From contig OX597819.1 in the NCBI GenBank assembly GCA_951406725.2, forward strand, positions 806,001 through 870,000: 64,000 bases of DNA, written 5' to 3'. A model generated the notes under the pieces. It saw nothing but the letters and a program-made list of their open reading frames with translations. It ran no database searches and was not told the DNA's origin. The translations under genes and the position numbers were made by a program. Positions 28,700 to 41,529 of the stretch are shown here, piece after piece (position 1 is the stretch's first letter; every line of letters begins with the position of its first letter). Origin of the DNA: Octopus vulgaris (lineage: Eukaryota).

Positions 28700-28905
28700 A
28701 AAAAAATCTCATCATGCAATCAAACCAATGAAAGAGCCTTTACCTGGTTGCTCGACACACTAAAAATAGCAGCCAAAGTATCCCCCTACCTAAATCACAT
28801 GCTCATTGTATGTAATGTCCTAGATAATCCCTAAAAAGACAGTTTGCTGAAGACTGGAATGTCTTTGCAGTATTAGGGTTGATCTGAGGCTAAATAAAAA
28901 CAACA
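28700..28905 (+). mobile_element. SINE-like element 3' part (family C)
   Basis: GTTGCTCGAC..AAATAGCAGCCAAA..; ends GATCTGAGGCTAAA plus (AAC)-like tail; related minus-strand piece near 63790-63820. Confidence 0.45.
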
Positions 28906-29448
28906 TTATGGTAAATTTCTATATTAACACACACAATTTTCACAAAGACAAAAAACAACAAAAATTTGATTTTTTGCATGGAATCAAGTACCCTAACCTC
29001 CTAATATGCTGCAAATCCCCTATTTTGGTTTGGAAAAAAATGAGGTGGGGTTCCCCCTACCCAATCCTGGAATCATTGGAAATTTTTTTTTTCATTGAAT
29101 GAATTCCTGTAACCTCCTAATATTGCAAAATTAGGTTACTTAAGGTGAGCCTGGTAACTGATGGTTTTGGGATCTTGTTGTTTGTAACTTTTGGTGAGCC
29201 ATGGGGTAACCAACAACATGGCAAAAATCCCTGCCGTTAATTTGGTGTGGATGGGTAATATCAAATAATTCAATCACAACAGATATTTAAATTAAACATG
29301 AAAAATAAAATTGAAATAATACCATCACTTACACGGAAAAATTGAAATATTATCTTTCAGTATTTTATGAGGTAAAATCTTAAATTATTAATTGACACAT
29401 TATTAATTATCTTATAACAGCAATGCCTGGAAAAATGGATTAAATAAA

Positions 29449-29921
29449 AAAAATGTGAGCATGAAAAGTAATATTCTTAAGATTATAAACCTAGAAAAGT
29501 ACAGGACAAGTTATTACACCTGTAAAAGTATAGGACAAACTATTACTTCAAGTAAAGTAAAGAATAAGAAACTTTTTGCTTAAAACATTGCAGCTAAAAT
29601 TAAAATTTGAATATTAAAACTTATTTTATTATAGTTTACAAATAACACTATACTTATTTAAGCAGAATTTGGCTAATTTACTGCCTTAAATACAGAAAAA
29701 GTGACTAATTAGACAAACTTACAAATTAGCTGAACAGTTTTGTACAATAAATTTAAAAGATGAGAACTGTAAAGAGTGATAAATTAGAAGAACTGGCATT
29801 CTTTGCTACAATGTTTTAAGTAAAAAGTTTCTTATTCTTTACTTTACAAGAAGTAATAGGTTGTCCTATACTTTTAGAGGTTTATAATCTTAAGAATATT
29901 ACTTTTCATGCTTGCATTTTT
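29449..29921. mobile_element. Foldback element or MITE with 110-140-bp TIRs
   Basis: AGCATGAAAAGTAATATTCTTAAGATTATAAACC.. mirrored by ..GGTTTATAATCTTAAGAATATTACTTTTCATGCT; the left arm has a 30-bp internal duplication. Confidence 0.8.
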
Positions 29922-29926
29922 CCATG

Positions 29927-29961
<35 letters not shown>

Positions 29962-29988
29962 AGAGTCAGGGAATGAAGTAGGAAAGAT

Positions 29989-30077
29989 CCAGGCTACATA
30001 TGTTTCACAGCAAGTTGAACTTCAGAAGCAGTAAAATCCAAGTGAGGTGTATACTGCTGGCTACTCTTCAGGCCAAG
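29989..30077 (-). ncRNA. Type I hammerhead ribozyme with extended stem II
   Basis: CTTGGC-CTGAAGA-GTAGC..AGCAGTA/TACTGCT..GCTGT-GAAAC-ATAT-GTA-GCCTGG; palindromic stem III ACATATGT. Confidence 0.65.
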
Positions 30078-30454
30078 AATATCTTGATTAGATTTAAGGT
30101 TATATTACTGTTAGGAGGTACATGTTGATGCAAGGAAGATTCAATCAGAATGTGTACAGAGCACAGTATGTGAGGAGTATATAAATGTAGGGAGAAATAA
30201 ATATTAGAAGAAGGGAAGAACGAAGAAAATATAATGGAGTGAGAAGGAGGAATTTAAACAAGGTCAGTTGACTGGTAATATATAACAGAGTTGTTTTGGC
30301 TGTATCGCAGAATTTAGTAAGGGGATTGGTATTTGAAGAAAAGATAATTTGAAGGGAGGTGGGGAAATGTTTTTTTGTCGTGGGGGAGAAAGAAAGTGTG
30401 TATGAATAAAGCTAGGTAGAGTGAGGAATTAAAGCACCGTTATTTCACTGTTGG

Positions 30455-30582
30455 TCGACTTTGCCTTTCATCCTTCCGGGGTCGATATAATCGACTTAAT
30501 ACCTATGTCTGTCCATGTTTTTCCCCTCTATGTTCAGCCCCTTGTGGGTAATAAAGAAATAGGAATCTAAAGGGCTTTTTTG
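30455..30582 (+). mobile_element. SINE family B, 3' part
   Basis: GTCGACTTTGCCTTTCATCCTTCCGGGGTCGAT..GCCCCTTGTGGG..AAAGAAATA. Confidence 0.75.
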
Positions 30583-30667
30583 GCCGAATCACAGAAATTA
30601 GCAGGGGAGTGGTATTATAAGTAAAAAAAGAAAAAGAAAACTATGAAGTGGTGGAGGTGTATGTAGG

Positions 30668-30846
30668 TATGTAGCAATATCGTTCTCTCATTGCTATCTT
30701 CACTGTTTGAGAAGAGTATTAAGAATACTCTCGTTCGAGATTACAAACATCTTCGGCTAGTTCAACATTGTTGTAAACACTAATTCGATTGGCTGACACG
30801 TGGTCTCTACTACGTTCGAGCAATGAGAGAACGATATTGCTACATA
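30668..30846. mobile_element. Small MITE with a perfect 28-bp inverted repeat
   Basis: TATGTAGCAATATCGTTCTCTCATTGCT / AGCAATGAGAGAACGATATTGCTACATA. Confidence 0.8.
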
Positions 30847-30924
30847 GGCATATGTACTTGTAAGTTTATGGATGGAGGGCGGGGTAGGAGTTGAAATAAA
30901 AGAAAAGAAAATATTGTTTTAGAT

Positions 30925-31093
30925 TTTTTTATTCTTTTATTTGTTTCAGTCATTTGACTATAGCCTTGCGTTGCTTTGGGTCAATGCAAGGCTATAGTAG
31001 AAGACACTTGCCCAAGGTGCCATGCAGTGGGACTGAACTCGGAACCATGTGATTGGGAGGCAAGCTTCTTACCACACAGCCACGCCTGTGCCT
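30925..31093 (-). mobile_element. SINE family A, internally deleted
   Basis: tRNA-like head GGCGTGGCTGTGTGGTAAGAAGCTTG..GAGTTCAGTCCCAC on the minus strand, joined to the tail. Confidence 0.75.
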
Positions 31094-31469
31094 ATTGATA
31101 AGGAAAAATACGGAAAGAAGTTTGTAATTGATAATCAAGGAATTAAAGGGGAAAAATATTGTTGATTTAATACATAGTGGTAGTGAGGGTGGATTAGAAG
31201 GAAAAAAAAATGTATGAAGGTTAGAGGGAGAAAAGAGCTGGGTGGGGTTGAAATTATTTATATTTTGAGAATAGATTTAGTGGCCGATATTTGCAGGTGA
31301 ATATTATACTGCTGCGTTCATTGAAATAATCTGTGGATTGCAAAATAGCCAAAACCTCGACTATGCAGAGATCACACTTGTTATTATATGTGCTGTAAGG
31401 CTTGGCATTAGTGACTATGGACCACTTGAGAGTGTAAGAAGTTATTTTTACAAAGCTATAATGGACGTG

Positions 31470-32481
31470 ACAAATCGGCATATTTTACTTCAATAAAGAC
31501 AACGCAATAGAAAGTGCAAGGAATATTAATGCAGTCTATGGAGATTGGACAATAAGCATAAGCCAGTGTCAATGATGGTTCCAGAAATTCCAAGCTGGAA
31601 ACTACAGCCTAGAAGACAAGCCTAATCCTGAAAGATCTGTAGAGCACAATTAGGACGTCCTGCAGACCCTGGTTGAACAAAATCCCATTGTAACTGTTGA
31701 GGAAATAGCAGAGAAGCTTGGTCATTCAACCATTCATCGATAGCTGTGTGCCATCAGAAAAATCAGCAAATTGAGTCAATAGGTTCCTCACAAACTTTCT
31801 GAGTCTAATTGCACAGAGAGAGTGAATGTGTGCTCTTCTTTGCTGTCACATCTCATGAACGAAACTTTCTTGGACTGAATAGTAACTGGTGATGAGAAAT
31901 GGGTTCACTATAAAAATGTCAAGCACCAAAGACAGTGGGTAAAGAAAGGGGAAACTCTGGCACCCCAGGCTAAAGGAGGTCTTCACCCAGGTAAGGTGTT
32001 GTTATCTGTTTGGTGGGATATTCATATCCCACCAAACAGATAACCTTTTAAACCCAGACCAAACAATAACAAAGCAGCTTAAGTCAATGCTAGAAGAAAA
32101 ACGACCATCTTTGGCTCCAAGATGAAGGGTGTTCTTCCATCAGAGCAAGGGTGACATTCCAAAGGTGACATTCCAAAGGCTGGAGCAGTTTGAATGTCCC
32201 ACCCACTATATTCGCTGGACATTGCCCCATCTGATTATCATTTATTCTGCAGTCTTCAAAATTATTTGGATGAGAAAAATATGAATTCTGTAGATGAGGT
32301 CATAACAGTACTGGAGAAGTTAATTTTGGAAGAGAGGCTTTGCAAGTCTAGCAGACAGATGGAAGAGCATTGTAGGAAATGAAGGAGAGTATATTTTAGA
32401 TTAAAAAAGAACTTTGTTTATCTTAATTTTGAAAAATAAAAGAAGTATTAAAAAATCGCATTATTTATGGGATGACCCAAT
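31470..32481 (+). mobile_element. Decayed mariner transposon
   Basis: VTGDEKWV and HPLYSLDIAPSDY motifs; terminal CGCATTATTTATGGGATGACCCAATA followed by TA. Confidence 0.88.
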
Positions 32482-32563
32482 ATATATATAACAACAGGTA
32501 ATTGAAACTGTACCACTGCTTTACTCATCATCTATTCATATCATACATTTTGTATGATTTCTC

Positions 32564-32603
<40 letters not shown>

Positions 32604-32726
32604 CAAATTTACAGAAAACAAAAGATGAAGACAGGTGTAGGAACAACAAGCAGGTGTATTAGTTTAAAGCTCAGGAAAAATGGAAAAGTATTTAGCGTTT
32701 TGAGCCTATGCTCTTTGACAGAAAGG
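32604..32726 (-). mobile_element. PLE pseudo-LTR fragment with a decayed minimal hammerhead-like motif
   Basis: Homologous to 45884-45997; minus strand CTGTCAAAGAGCATAGGCTCAAAACGC. Confidence 0.55.
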
Positions 32727-33356
32727 ATTAAGAGAAAAAAAATGGAGAGAGAAAAAGATGTGCAGAGTTCAGTGGTTCAACATGATGAGATGACTGGAAG
32801 AAAGTGGCTGAATGAAAGGGAAATAATAATGATAATGATAATGGTGGCCTCAATGAACTAAGGTGCACAAGTGCGTGTGTGTATGTGAGAATGGTGTGTG
32901 TGAGTGTGTATGTGTGAACGGGGCGAATGTGTGTGTGCATGCATATGGATGTATGTATATGTGTGAGTTTATATATATATTCCAAGAGAGTTAGAGGTTG
33001 TGAATCTATCCAATATCTATCCAATGTACTGCTGGTAGAATACCCAATTACTAATACACAAGTGTTTTTTCATTGCATGTCAATTACTTTACCGATTGTA
33101 ATAAATGGGTGAGGGTAAAAAGTTATTTTACCCTTACTTTATACAGCAATAAGAAAATGGAGGGGATCAAGAGGACGTTCATAAGGTTAAGTTGTATATA
33201 AACATGTGATCACATGTTTATATGAATATATATACATATTTGTGTATAATTATTATAATTAGGTACAAAAAGAATAATACGAACTGCTGCAATAATACTC
33301 CCTTCTCAACACATGTAATACGTATGTACCTATGGGTATGTTTGTACGTAAAAATA

Positions 33357-33419
<63 letters not shown>

Positions 33420-33749
33420 ATATGTGTATATGCATATATACATATATATATATTCCTCATGTATATACCTTTTCATTCCTACATAACTACAATAATCTTA
33501 AGTTACATTGATTTTTTAAAATTGTACTGTTATTTCTCTTTTAATAACTTTCCCCTACCTCTGTTTATACTTTATCTAATAAGAATAATATAATATAATA
33601 CACCCAATAATAATAATAATTGATTCCTTTGTATGCATATACATATGCATATACATTTAAGTATATGTATATGTGTTTATGTATATGTATGTATATGTAA
33701 AAGTATGTATTTATATTTATAGCTTAACCTTATGAACTTTCTAAACTGT

Positions 33750-33870
33750 GTGACGAAGCCCAGAGACACACCCAAGTACCTTAATCTTGTCTACCAAATA
33801 CTTCAGTTCACCAGAAGGATAAAAGTAGAATGGGGTACTATGGTCTCTTGGCTGAAACAGCTGTAAGATA
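33750..33870 (+). ncRNA. Degenerate hammerhead with an about 95-nt stem II
   Basis: gTGACGA-AGCC.AGAGAC..AGTACC//GGTACT..GTCTCT.GGCT-GAAAC-AGCT-GTA; C3 and stem I are not intact. Confidence 0.5.
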
Positions 33871-34083
33871 CCATCCTACTTTCTATGTTCTACGTTACAT
33901 ATTTTAATAATTACTGGTATTTTTATATTTTATATTTTATATATTATACATGTAAAGCATAATATGTTATACATGTATGTATATTGCCATAATTGTCATT
34001 TTTTTAAAAATAAATAAATAGACATAATATAATGTGTAAAAGTTGATGAATACCAACTCTTGATCCCCTCCACTTTCTTATTG

Positions 34084-34118
<35 letters not shown>

Positions 34119-34379
34119 CATATGGAGAGTATGTGTGTATATGTGAGTGTGTTAGGAAGTGTATTCTTCTTCAACTAAAATAGTATTTTTGTTAATCTTT
34201 CCCCTACAATACCTCACTGCCAGACTCCAACAAAAACCAGGAATATACATTCACAGCTACACAACAGCAGCATTTCATTCACGATAGCTCGGCTTATGTG
34301 TGTATTGATTAAAAAGCAAATTGGTTGATGCCAATTTGATTGCATGCCTCAAAGAAGGCATCTAAGCAGAAACTGGCAA

Positions 34380-34539
34380 GAGATAGATAGATAGAGAGAG
34401 AGAGAGAAGAAGAAGAAGAAGAAGAAGAAGAAGAAGAAGAAGAAGAAGAAGAAGAAGAAGAAGAAGAAGAAGAAGAAGAAGAAGAAGAAGAAGAAGAAGA
34501 AGAAGAAGAAGAAGAAGAAGAAGAAGAAGAAGAAGAAGA
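34380..34539. repeat. (AGAT)n(AG)n(AGA)n microsatellite
   Basis: Directly visible. Confidence 0.97.
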
Positions 34540-35184
34540 AACAGAAAGCTATAATATTGTGAGGAATTGTCAGGAAATTTTTGTATTTTCTTTCTTTTGG
34601 GGATTTTTTTTACGAGCTCAGTCATTTGAATTGCTGCAGAACAGTTTAACAGTTCGTAGACTGAACATTTATATTTTTACTTTCATGCTGACATAATTAT
34701 TTCTTTATTTCTTCTCTCTATGGTCATTAAAATGCTGGTAGAGATGAAAGAATGTGTAAAAATAGTGTCCTTTTCATGTTAGAGGAAGAAGCAATATCAG
34801 GCTGTCCAAAGCATTGATACTTTGAATTGCCAGTCATGGTTAATAGATATTTCATCTGTTGATAAAGTGTGTAGATGGATCAATATTCTATGAATATTAA
34901 TAGAAATAAGACTCTCCCAAAATAGGACCAGAGTGACATGACCATCCTTTTTTGCAATAAAATAAATGTTTTATTGTCAATTGTGTTTAACTTTTACCTT
35001 TCATTCTGTTGGGTCCTATCAATAAGATAAGTATCAGTCAAGTACTGAGTGCAGTTGAATTACTTGTTCACTGCCCCCAAAATGTGTGGTCCATTTATTC
35101 ATGCTAGAAATCAAATTAGATAAAATAAATAGACATGTGGTAGATGATGGATATTTCAAAATTTACATAGTATAGAAAATATTG

Positions 35185-35360
35185 ATTTCAAATTTTGGCA
35201 TGAGGCCAGCAAGTTCAGGGCAGTGGGTAAGCCAATTGCATTGACTTCACTGCTTGAGTGGTACTTATTTTGTCAACCCTAGCAGAATTTGAACTCAGAA
35301 CATAAATACAAACAAAATGCTGCTAAACAATGCTAACAATTCTGCCAGCTTGCCACCTTC
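35185..35360 (-). mobile_element. SINE family B, decayed
   Basis: CAAATTTTGGCA..GGCCAGC..GAATTTGAACTCAGAAC..TCTGCCAGCTTGCCACCTT. Confidence 0.65.
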
Positions 35361-35589
35361 ATAATACAGAAAATATTAACTTAAAAGCAAATATTATTTA
35401 ACCCAAGGAATGAATAAAATGATGATAGTTTTTCTAGACCTCACCAGGCTGGTTAACAACCAATTTAAATAGTTAGAGTTTGGAAGAAAAACATAGACAA
35501 AATGGAGTTCAAGAGGAATAATTACATAAATTGTAAACCACAGGGTCTTAGATGAGGGTCAAGAATGAAAATTACTCAGTGGTTTTAGA

Positions 35590-35826
35590 TCTTTTATCTT
35601 TAATTTTTTACTTGTTTCAGTCATTAGACTGCAACCATTCTAGGGCACTGCCTTGAAGAATTTTTAGTTGAAGGGATCAACCCCAGTACTTATTTTTTGT
35701 CAAACCTGGTACTTATTCTATTGGTCTCTTTAGCCCAAACACTAAGTTACAGGGATGTAAACACACAAACACCAGTTGTCAAGTGGTAGTGGGAGACAAA
35801 CACAGACCCAAAGACATACGCACATA

Positions 35827-35882
<56 letters not shown>

Positions 35883-36430
35883 TATATATATACAATGGGA
35901 TTCTTTCAGTTTCTGTCTATCAAATCCACTCACAAGGCTTTGGTTAGCAGCCTGAGGCCATGGTAGAAGACACTTGCCTAAGGTGCCATGCAGTGGGACT
36001 GAACCCAGAACCCACACAGTCACATCTGCTCCTAGATGAGGATTAAATTTTTTATCCTTTTTTATCATTTATATTTTAACTTATTCCAGATTGGAGCCAT
36101 GCTGGTGATCCACTTTAAGGGGCTTAGTTAAATAAATTGATCTCAGTCCTTTTTATTTTCTAAGCCTGGTATTTATTCTATTGTCCTTGTATTGCTGAAC
36201 TACTAAGTCTGGTATTTATTCTATTGTCCTTGTATTGCTGAACTACTAAGTTACAGGGATGTAAACAAACTAATAGCAGTTGTCAAGCAGTGGTGAGGGG
36301 CAAACACAAGCATGTACACACACACACACACACACACACACAATGGGCTTTTATAAATTTTCCATCTACTAAATCCACTCATAAAGTTTTGGTCAGCCTG
36401 AGCTTCTAGTGAAAGACACAAGACACTTGC
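35590..36430 (-). mobile_element. Two tandem SINE family A copies, each with an internal TA/CA microsatellite
   Basis: Tail, body and head motifs at about 35590-36010 and 36070-36430. Confidence 0.7.
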
Positions 36431-36576
36431 CCTACAACATCACAGTTGTAACTCTGTGATACAACTGTGATGTTGTTGGTAAAACGTTCTTTGTCTATCT
36501 CCTTATCCTCTTGGAGATTTTGTGTAAAATTATACTAATGTGTCCTAATTTAATTTAATTTAATTCTATGTCTTTG

Positions 36577-36668
36577 TGCAGCTGAAGATTGCTCTGCATT
36601 TTAAATTGATGTACTGAAATGATTGCATTGTTCAATTAAATGGAGTCGCATGAAACGCTCATACTGCA
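36577..36668 (+). ncRNA. Degenerate hammerhead-like motif
   Basis: TGCAG-CTGAAGA-T.TGC..GCA.T-GAAAC-GCTC-ATA-CTGCA; stem I is 5 bp, stem III is imperfect. Confidence 0.4.
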
Positions 36669-36782
36669 TTACCTCTGGATATCCTTCTTACTTATTTTGA
36701 TTTTAATCACTTTATTTTGAAATTGTATGGATTATACCATACTAAATTCTGGTGCCTCAACTTAAGTACCATATTCATCTGA

Positions 36783-36958
<176 letters not shown>

Positions 36959-36963
36959 CCATC

Positions 36964-37058
36964 ACAGCTACCGCTGAAGAGCACAGGGTTACATAATCGG
37001 ACTGTTGCTCAACACTCCATTGAACTCCTAGAGCGAAATTGATTGGTAAATCAGCTGT
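36964..37058 (+). ncRNA. Degenerate hammerhead-like motif between (TA)n tracts
   Basis: ACAGCT-accg-CTGAAGA-GC..GC-GAAA-TTGATTG-GTA-aatc-AGCTGT; stem III is consistent with a deaminated ACCGATCGGT palindrome. Confidence 0.45.
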
Positions 37059-37264
37059 AGTGGATATGTAATACTGATACTTCGATTTATATATATATAT
37101 ATATTTATATATATACACACACACATATATATATTCACACAAATGCACACACATATGCATGTACATACATACATACATACATACAAACATATATATATAC
37201 ACACACACATACACACACAAATATATCTAAGTATGTATATGTATGTATGTATGTGTGTATGTAT

Positions 37265-38455
37265 GAAAGATATGCAGCACATGGTGAATGCGATTTCTGC
37301 AGCATGTGCAGCCTTGGGTCTAACAATCAATCTAAAAAAATGCTGTTATAATGTACCAGCCCACTCCTTCCAAGATGTATGCGGAACCTTTTATAACTGT
37401 GAATGGTCGAAGGTTGGAGACTGTACCTAGATTTATTTATTTCGGAAGTACCTTGAGCACTGCTGGTCTTGATGATGAAATTTCGTATAGAATCAGCAGG
37501 GTTAGTAGTGCTTTTGGTAGGCTTGATAGGCGTCTGTGGAAACAACATAATATGTCTTCACAAATTAAAGTTAAGGTATATAATGCATGCATCCTCCCAT
37601 CTTTGCTATATGGAAGTGTGGCATAGGTTGTTCATCATAGACAGGTAAGGCAATTGGAACAATTTCATCAACACTGAGAAAAATTGGGGGGGATAAACTG
37701 GAAAATGGCCATTAGTAATGTGGAAGTACTTGAGAAGAGTGGCTGTAGAAGTATAGAGTCAATGATTTTGCAAAGACATTTGAGGTGGTGGGGACATTTG
37801 ATAAGGCTGAGTGATGAGCAACTGCCCAAGCAGTTATTGTATGGTGAGCTGGAAGGTGGCAGGAGAGCAGCGCATAAGCCTAAACTAAGGTTTAAGGATT
37901 GTCTTAAAAATGCTTTAATACAGACAGGAATTGCAGCTGGTAATTGGGAGAGGGAGGCACAAGACCATGATGGATGGAGGAAGATAGTGCAAGACGGTTG
38001 TTCAAGGTTTGAGAGAGAGAGAGAGAGTGAAGTATGAGAGAATTGGGAGGGGGATTAGAAGGGGAGAACCTGTGGAAAGTGAGAGAGTGTTGCTTTTTAT
38101 GTGTGTGGTTTGTGGGCGGAGGTGTTTGAGTTGTGCAGGCCGGGTGAGCCATCAGAATTCTCATAGAAATCGACCCATGATAAACAATGATGTGGCTATT
38201 AAAATTCATAACAGAACATGTGTAAAATGTGGAAGGGTGTGCCTCTCAGTTGGAGGCCTAAAAAGACATGTTAAGGGAGTTCATGTGGTGGCACCTGTTT
38301 CTCCTGCCGGCCAGCACAGTTGTCTTGTATGTAATAAAATGTGTACAAGTTTGGTTGGGCTTAAAAGTCATACAATCATGAATCATTTCAGTTAGTCTTC
38401 TTGGCAATGACTTTTCTCATGTAACGAGGATGCAGCTGTGATGTGATGTATGTAT
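37265..38455 (+). mobile_element. RTE-clade (BovB-like) LINE 3' fragment with three C-terminal C2H2 fingers
   Basis: GLTINLKK, FIYFGSTLS, ASSAFGRL-like, LPSLLYGS, LRWWGHL, LPKQLLYGEL; CVVC..H..H, CVKC..H..H, CLVC..H..H; stops and frameshifts. Confidence 0.85.
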
Positions 38456-38815
38456 GTATAGTGGTAGTTTAAATATAATAACCTCAATATTTTGCATTGA
38501 GAGAGCAGAGAGAATAGAACTAAATGAATAAGTCGTGATTGTTTAGCAATTTGATTTTTAAAAATTATAAATTACAATCCAAACAAAGCTGATGTAGTGA
38601 AAATTAAAGTTAATTAAAAGAACACCACACACCAGACAGTTGTTGAGACTGTTAAATGTATACAAACATCAACAACAAACAAATATATGTGAAATTTTCT
38701 GTTTTAATTTCAATCAAGAGAAATATCTATTTTGGAATTTCATATTTTTTTCAAAGGAATAGAATATGTTCCTTTAGTGAATTGTATAAAATTGGATAAT
38801 ATAGTAAACTACACA

Positions 38816-38867
<52 letters not shown>

Positions 38868-39482
38868 GCTTTAAGCTTTCTTTTTTGCACCAGAATATTT
38901 ATAAATGTAGTTTTAGAAAAAATCTTTTCCATATACTCTTTAGTGTGAGGCTTTGCCAAAGTGTTGTTTTACTGGACACTAAAAACATTAATAACTGCAT
39001 TTATTAATGGCTGACTTGAATCACAAATCTCTAGTCATTATCTGTTTTAATTAGAAATGGATGATAACTTTTTAGTGATATTTCAAAAATGATTTATTAT
39101 TCAAAGCATTTACTTTTGTTTTCATTTGTTTTAAAATCATTTGTTTTCATTTTACAGGAAATATTGACTAAAATTATATAATGATCTTCTTAGGATAATT
39201 ATTGAGTAAAATCGCATTTACGTACTGATAAAGCAGTATTTTACAGGGATTAAGCAAATGCTAAGTTTATTGAGGATTAGTTTCAATCGAATTAGCCCTT
39301 TATCTATATTGTATAGCCCTTTCATAATATTCTCATAACAGACTTGTTGTGAGGGTGGGGCTTAGCCTGAATTCAGTATATTTAAAGTACAGGCTAGGTA
39401 TATTAGTATACATTTGACTGTATAATTTGTTTAGTAACAAATGATTTTACAATGTCATTTACACACAAATATATACATATAT

Positions 39483-39657
39483 AGGCGCAGGCCTGGCTGA
39501 GTGGTATGAAGCTTGCTTCCCAACCACATGGTTTTAGGTTCAGTCCCACTGCATGGCAACTTGGGTGAGTGTCTTCTATTATAGCCTTGGGCCAACCAAA
39601 GCCTTGTGAGTGGTTTTGGCAGACAGAAACTGAAAGAAGTCCATTGTATTTATATAT

Positions 39658-39690
<33 letters not shown>

Positions 39691-39905
39691 GTTTAACATC
39701 TGCTTTCCATGGGTTGGACATATAATATGTGTGTGTGTGTGTGTGTATGTCTTTGTGTCTGAGTTTGTCATCCCACCATTGCTTGACAACTGATGTTGGT
39801 GTATTTATAATAGAAGACCTTGGGCAAGTATTTTCTATTATAGTTTCGGTCTGACCAAAGCTTTGTGAGTGGATTTGGTGGATGGAAACTGAAATAAACC
39901 TGTCA
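39483..39905 (+). mobile_element. Cluster of SINE family A fragments with an RTE-tail fragment
   Basis: Head GGCGCAGGCCTGGCTGAGTGGTATGAAGCTTGCTTCCC..GGTTCAGTCCC (Pol III A/B box-like). Confidence 0.7.
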
Positions 39906-39969
39906 TATTTATATATATCTGTGTGTATGTATGTATGTATATACACACACACACACACATATATATACA

Positions 39970-40001
<32 letters not shown>

Positions 40002-40099
40002 ATCAGACTGCGCCCGGTGCAGCCTCCTGGCTTCCCAGACCCCAGTCGAACTGTCCAACCCATGCTAGCATGGAAAGCGGACGTTAAACGATGATGATA

Positions 40100-41337
40100 T
40101 ACAGGGTGCATAAGGTATTTGAGGACATGCCTTTTTTGTGTCATTGCTGCATTTCTTGAAAATTCTGTATAATCTTTGTTTCAGAAAATGATAATGGCAG
40201 AACCTCAGCTTACTCGAGAAATGAAGTGGCATACTGTTATATTGGTTATAAAGGCTGAGCATAGCAATTTAGAAATATGATTTTTAAAAGTCTACAAAGT
40301 TTGTAAGGAGCTAGAGACTGAAGATGGAAATGTATAATGAGTATCAAAATATAAAAAGCATTCTAAACACTCTGAAATCATCAGAACTCCTGAATTGATC
40401 CAACAAGTTCAACAGACTATTGATTACAATCCCAGAAAGTCCATGAGGTCAATTGCAAAAGATTTCCATGTGTCAGAAGGAACAGTCAGCAATGTTGTCC
40501 ACGAAGATATCAGATATAAGTCTTATATGATGGGGAAAGGTCAATTTTTCAGAAAAAGCAAAAGAAAATCACTACATCAGATCTAAAAGGCTCTTAAAAA
40601 AACTGAAAAATCCAGCAGAAGAAGATTTGATTTGGTTTTTCTCAAATAAGAAAAACTTTGACCAAGATCAAAACGTTAACAGAAGAAATGACAGATGGTT
40701 ATGTGCAGACCCTTCTTAAGTTCCAAGTGTTATGCATACAGAATTTCCTGCAACTGTAATGGTTTTAGGGGTTGTCAACAATGAAGGATATGTGATGCCT
40801 CCTTACTTCTTTCCACAAGGCCTTAGAGCTGCCTACATTGAGGTTCTGGAAATAATTGTTAAGCCCTGGTTAGACAGTGTATGCAAAGGAATGCCATATG
40901 TGTTTCAGTAAGACTCTGCATTATCACACATAGTTCTAGTAACACAGGAATGGATGGCTGAAAGTTTTCATGATCAAATTACCCCTAACATTTGGCCTCC
41001 TAATTCCCCAGATCTCAATCCATTGGACTATTACATGTGGAGTGTTGTTGAAAGAGAGGTCAATGAACACATCCATAACACCAAAGATTCTTTGAAAGCT
41101 GCCATTGTCAGAGTAATGTCCAAAATGAACCAGGACCACTTGATTCAAGCATGTAGATAATTTAAATCTCGTATAGAAGCAGTTGTTGAAGCTGAAGGTG
41201 GCTTTATTGAATAACATTAGAGGAAAGAAGGTTTATTTTTATCTTCATAGCATTTTTTGATGAATAAAGTTATTATCTGTTATATATATATTTTTATAAA
41301 CATAAATCTGTTCCCAAATATCTCACGCAACCTATAT
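40100..41337 (+). mobile_element. Decayed Tc1/mariner (maT/DD37D-like) transposon with both TIRs
   Basis: TACAGGGTGCATAAGGTATTTGAGGACA / TGTTCCCAAATATCTCACGCAACCTATA; NPRKSMRSIAK HTH and WPPNSPDLNPLDY. Confidence 0.88.
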
Positions 41338-41484
41338 ATATATATGTATGTATATATGTATGTATGTATGTATATATATATGTATATATATATATATGTA
41401 TGTATATATGTATGTATGTATATATGTATATATATATATATATGTATGTATATATGTATGTATGTATGTGTATATATATATATA

Positions 41485-41527
<43 letters not shown>

Positions 41528-41529
41528 TT

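Larger units (their letters stand above)
29960..31465 (-). mobile_element. Penelope-like element 3' remnant (GIY-YIG C-terminus, pyrimidine-rich UTR, terminal hammerhead), interrupted by SINEs and a MITE
   Basis: ORF 31254-31481 LKWSIV..AKPY..KCDLC..E..I..N.RS..CKY resembles the PLE endonuclease end; hammerhead on the same strand next to (TA)n. Confidence 0.65.
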
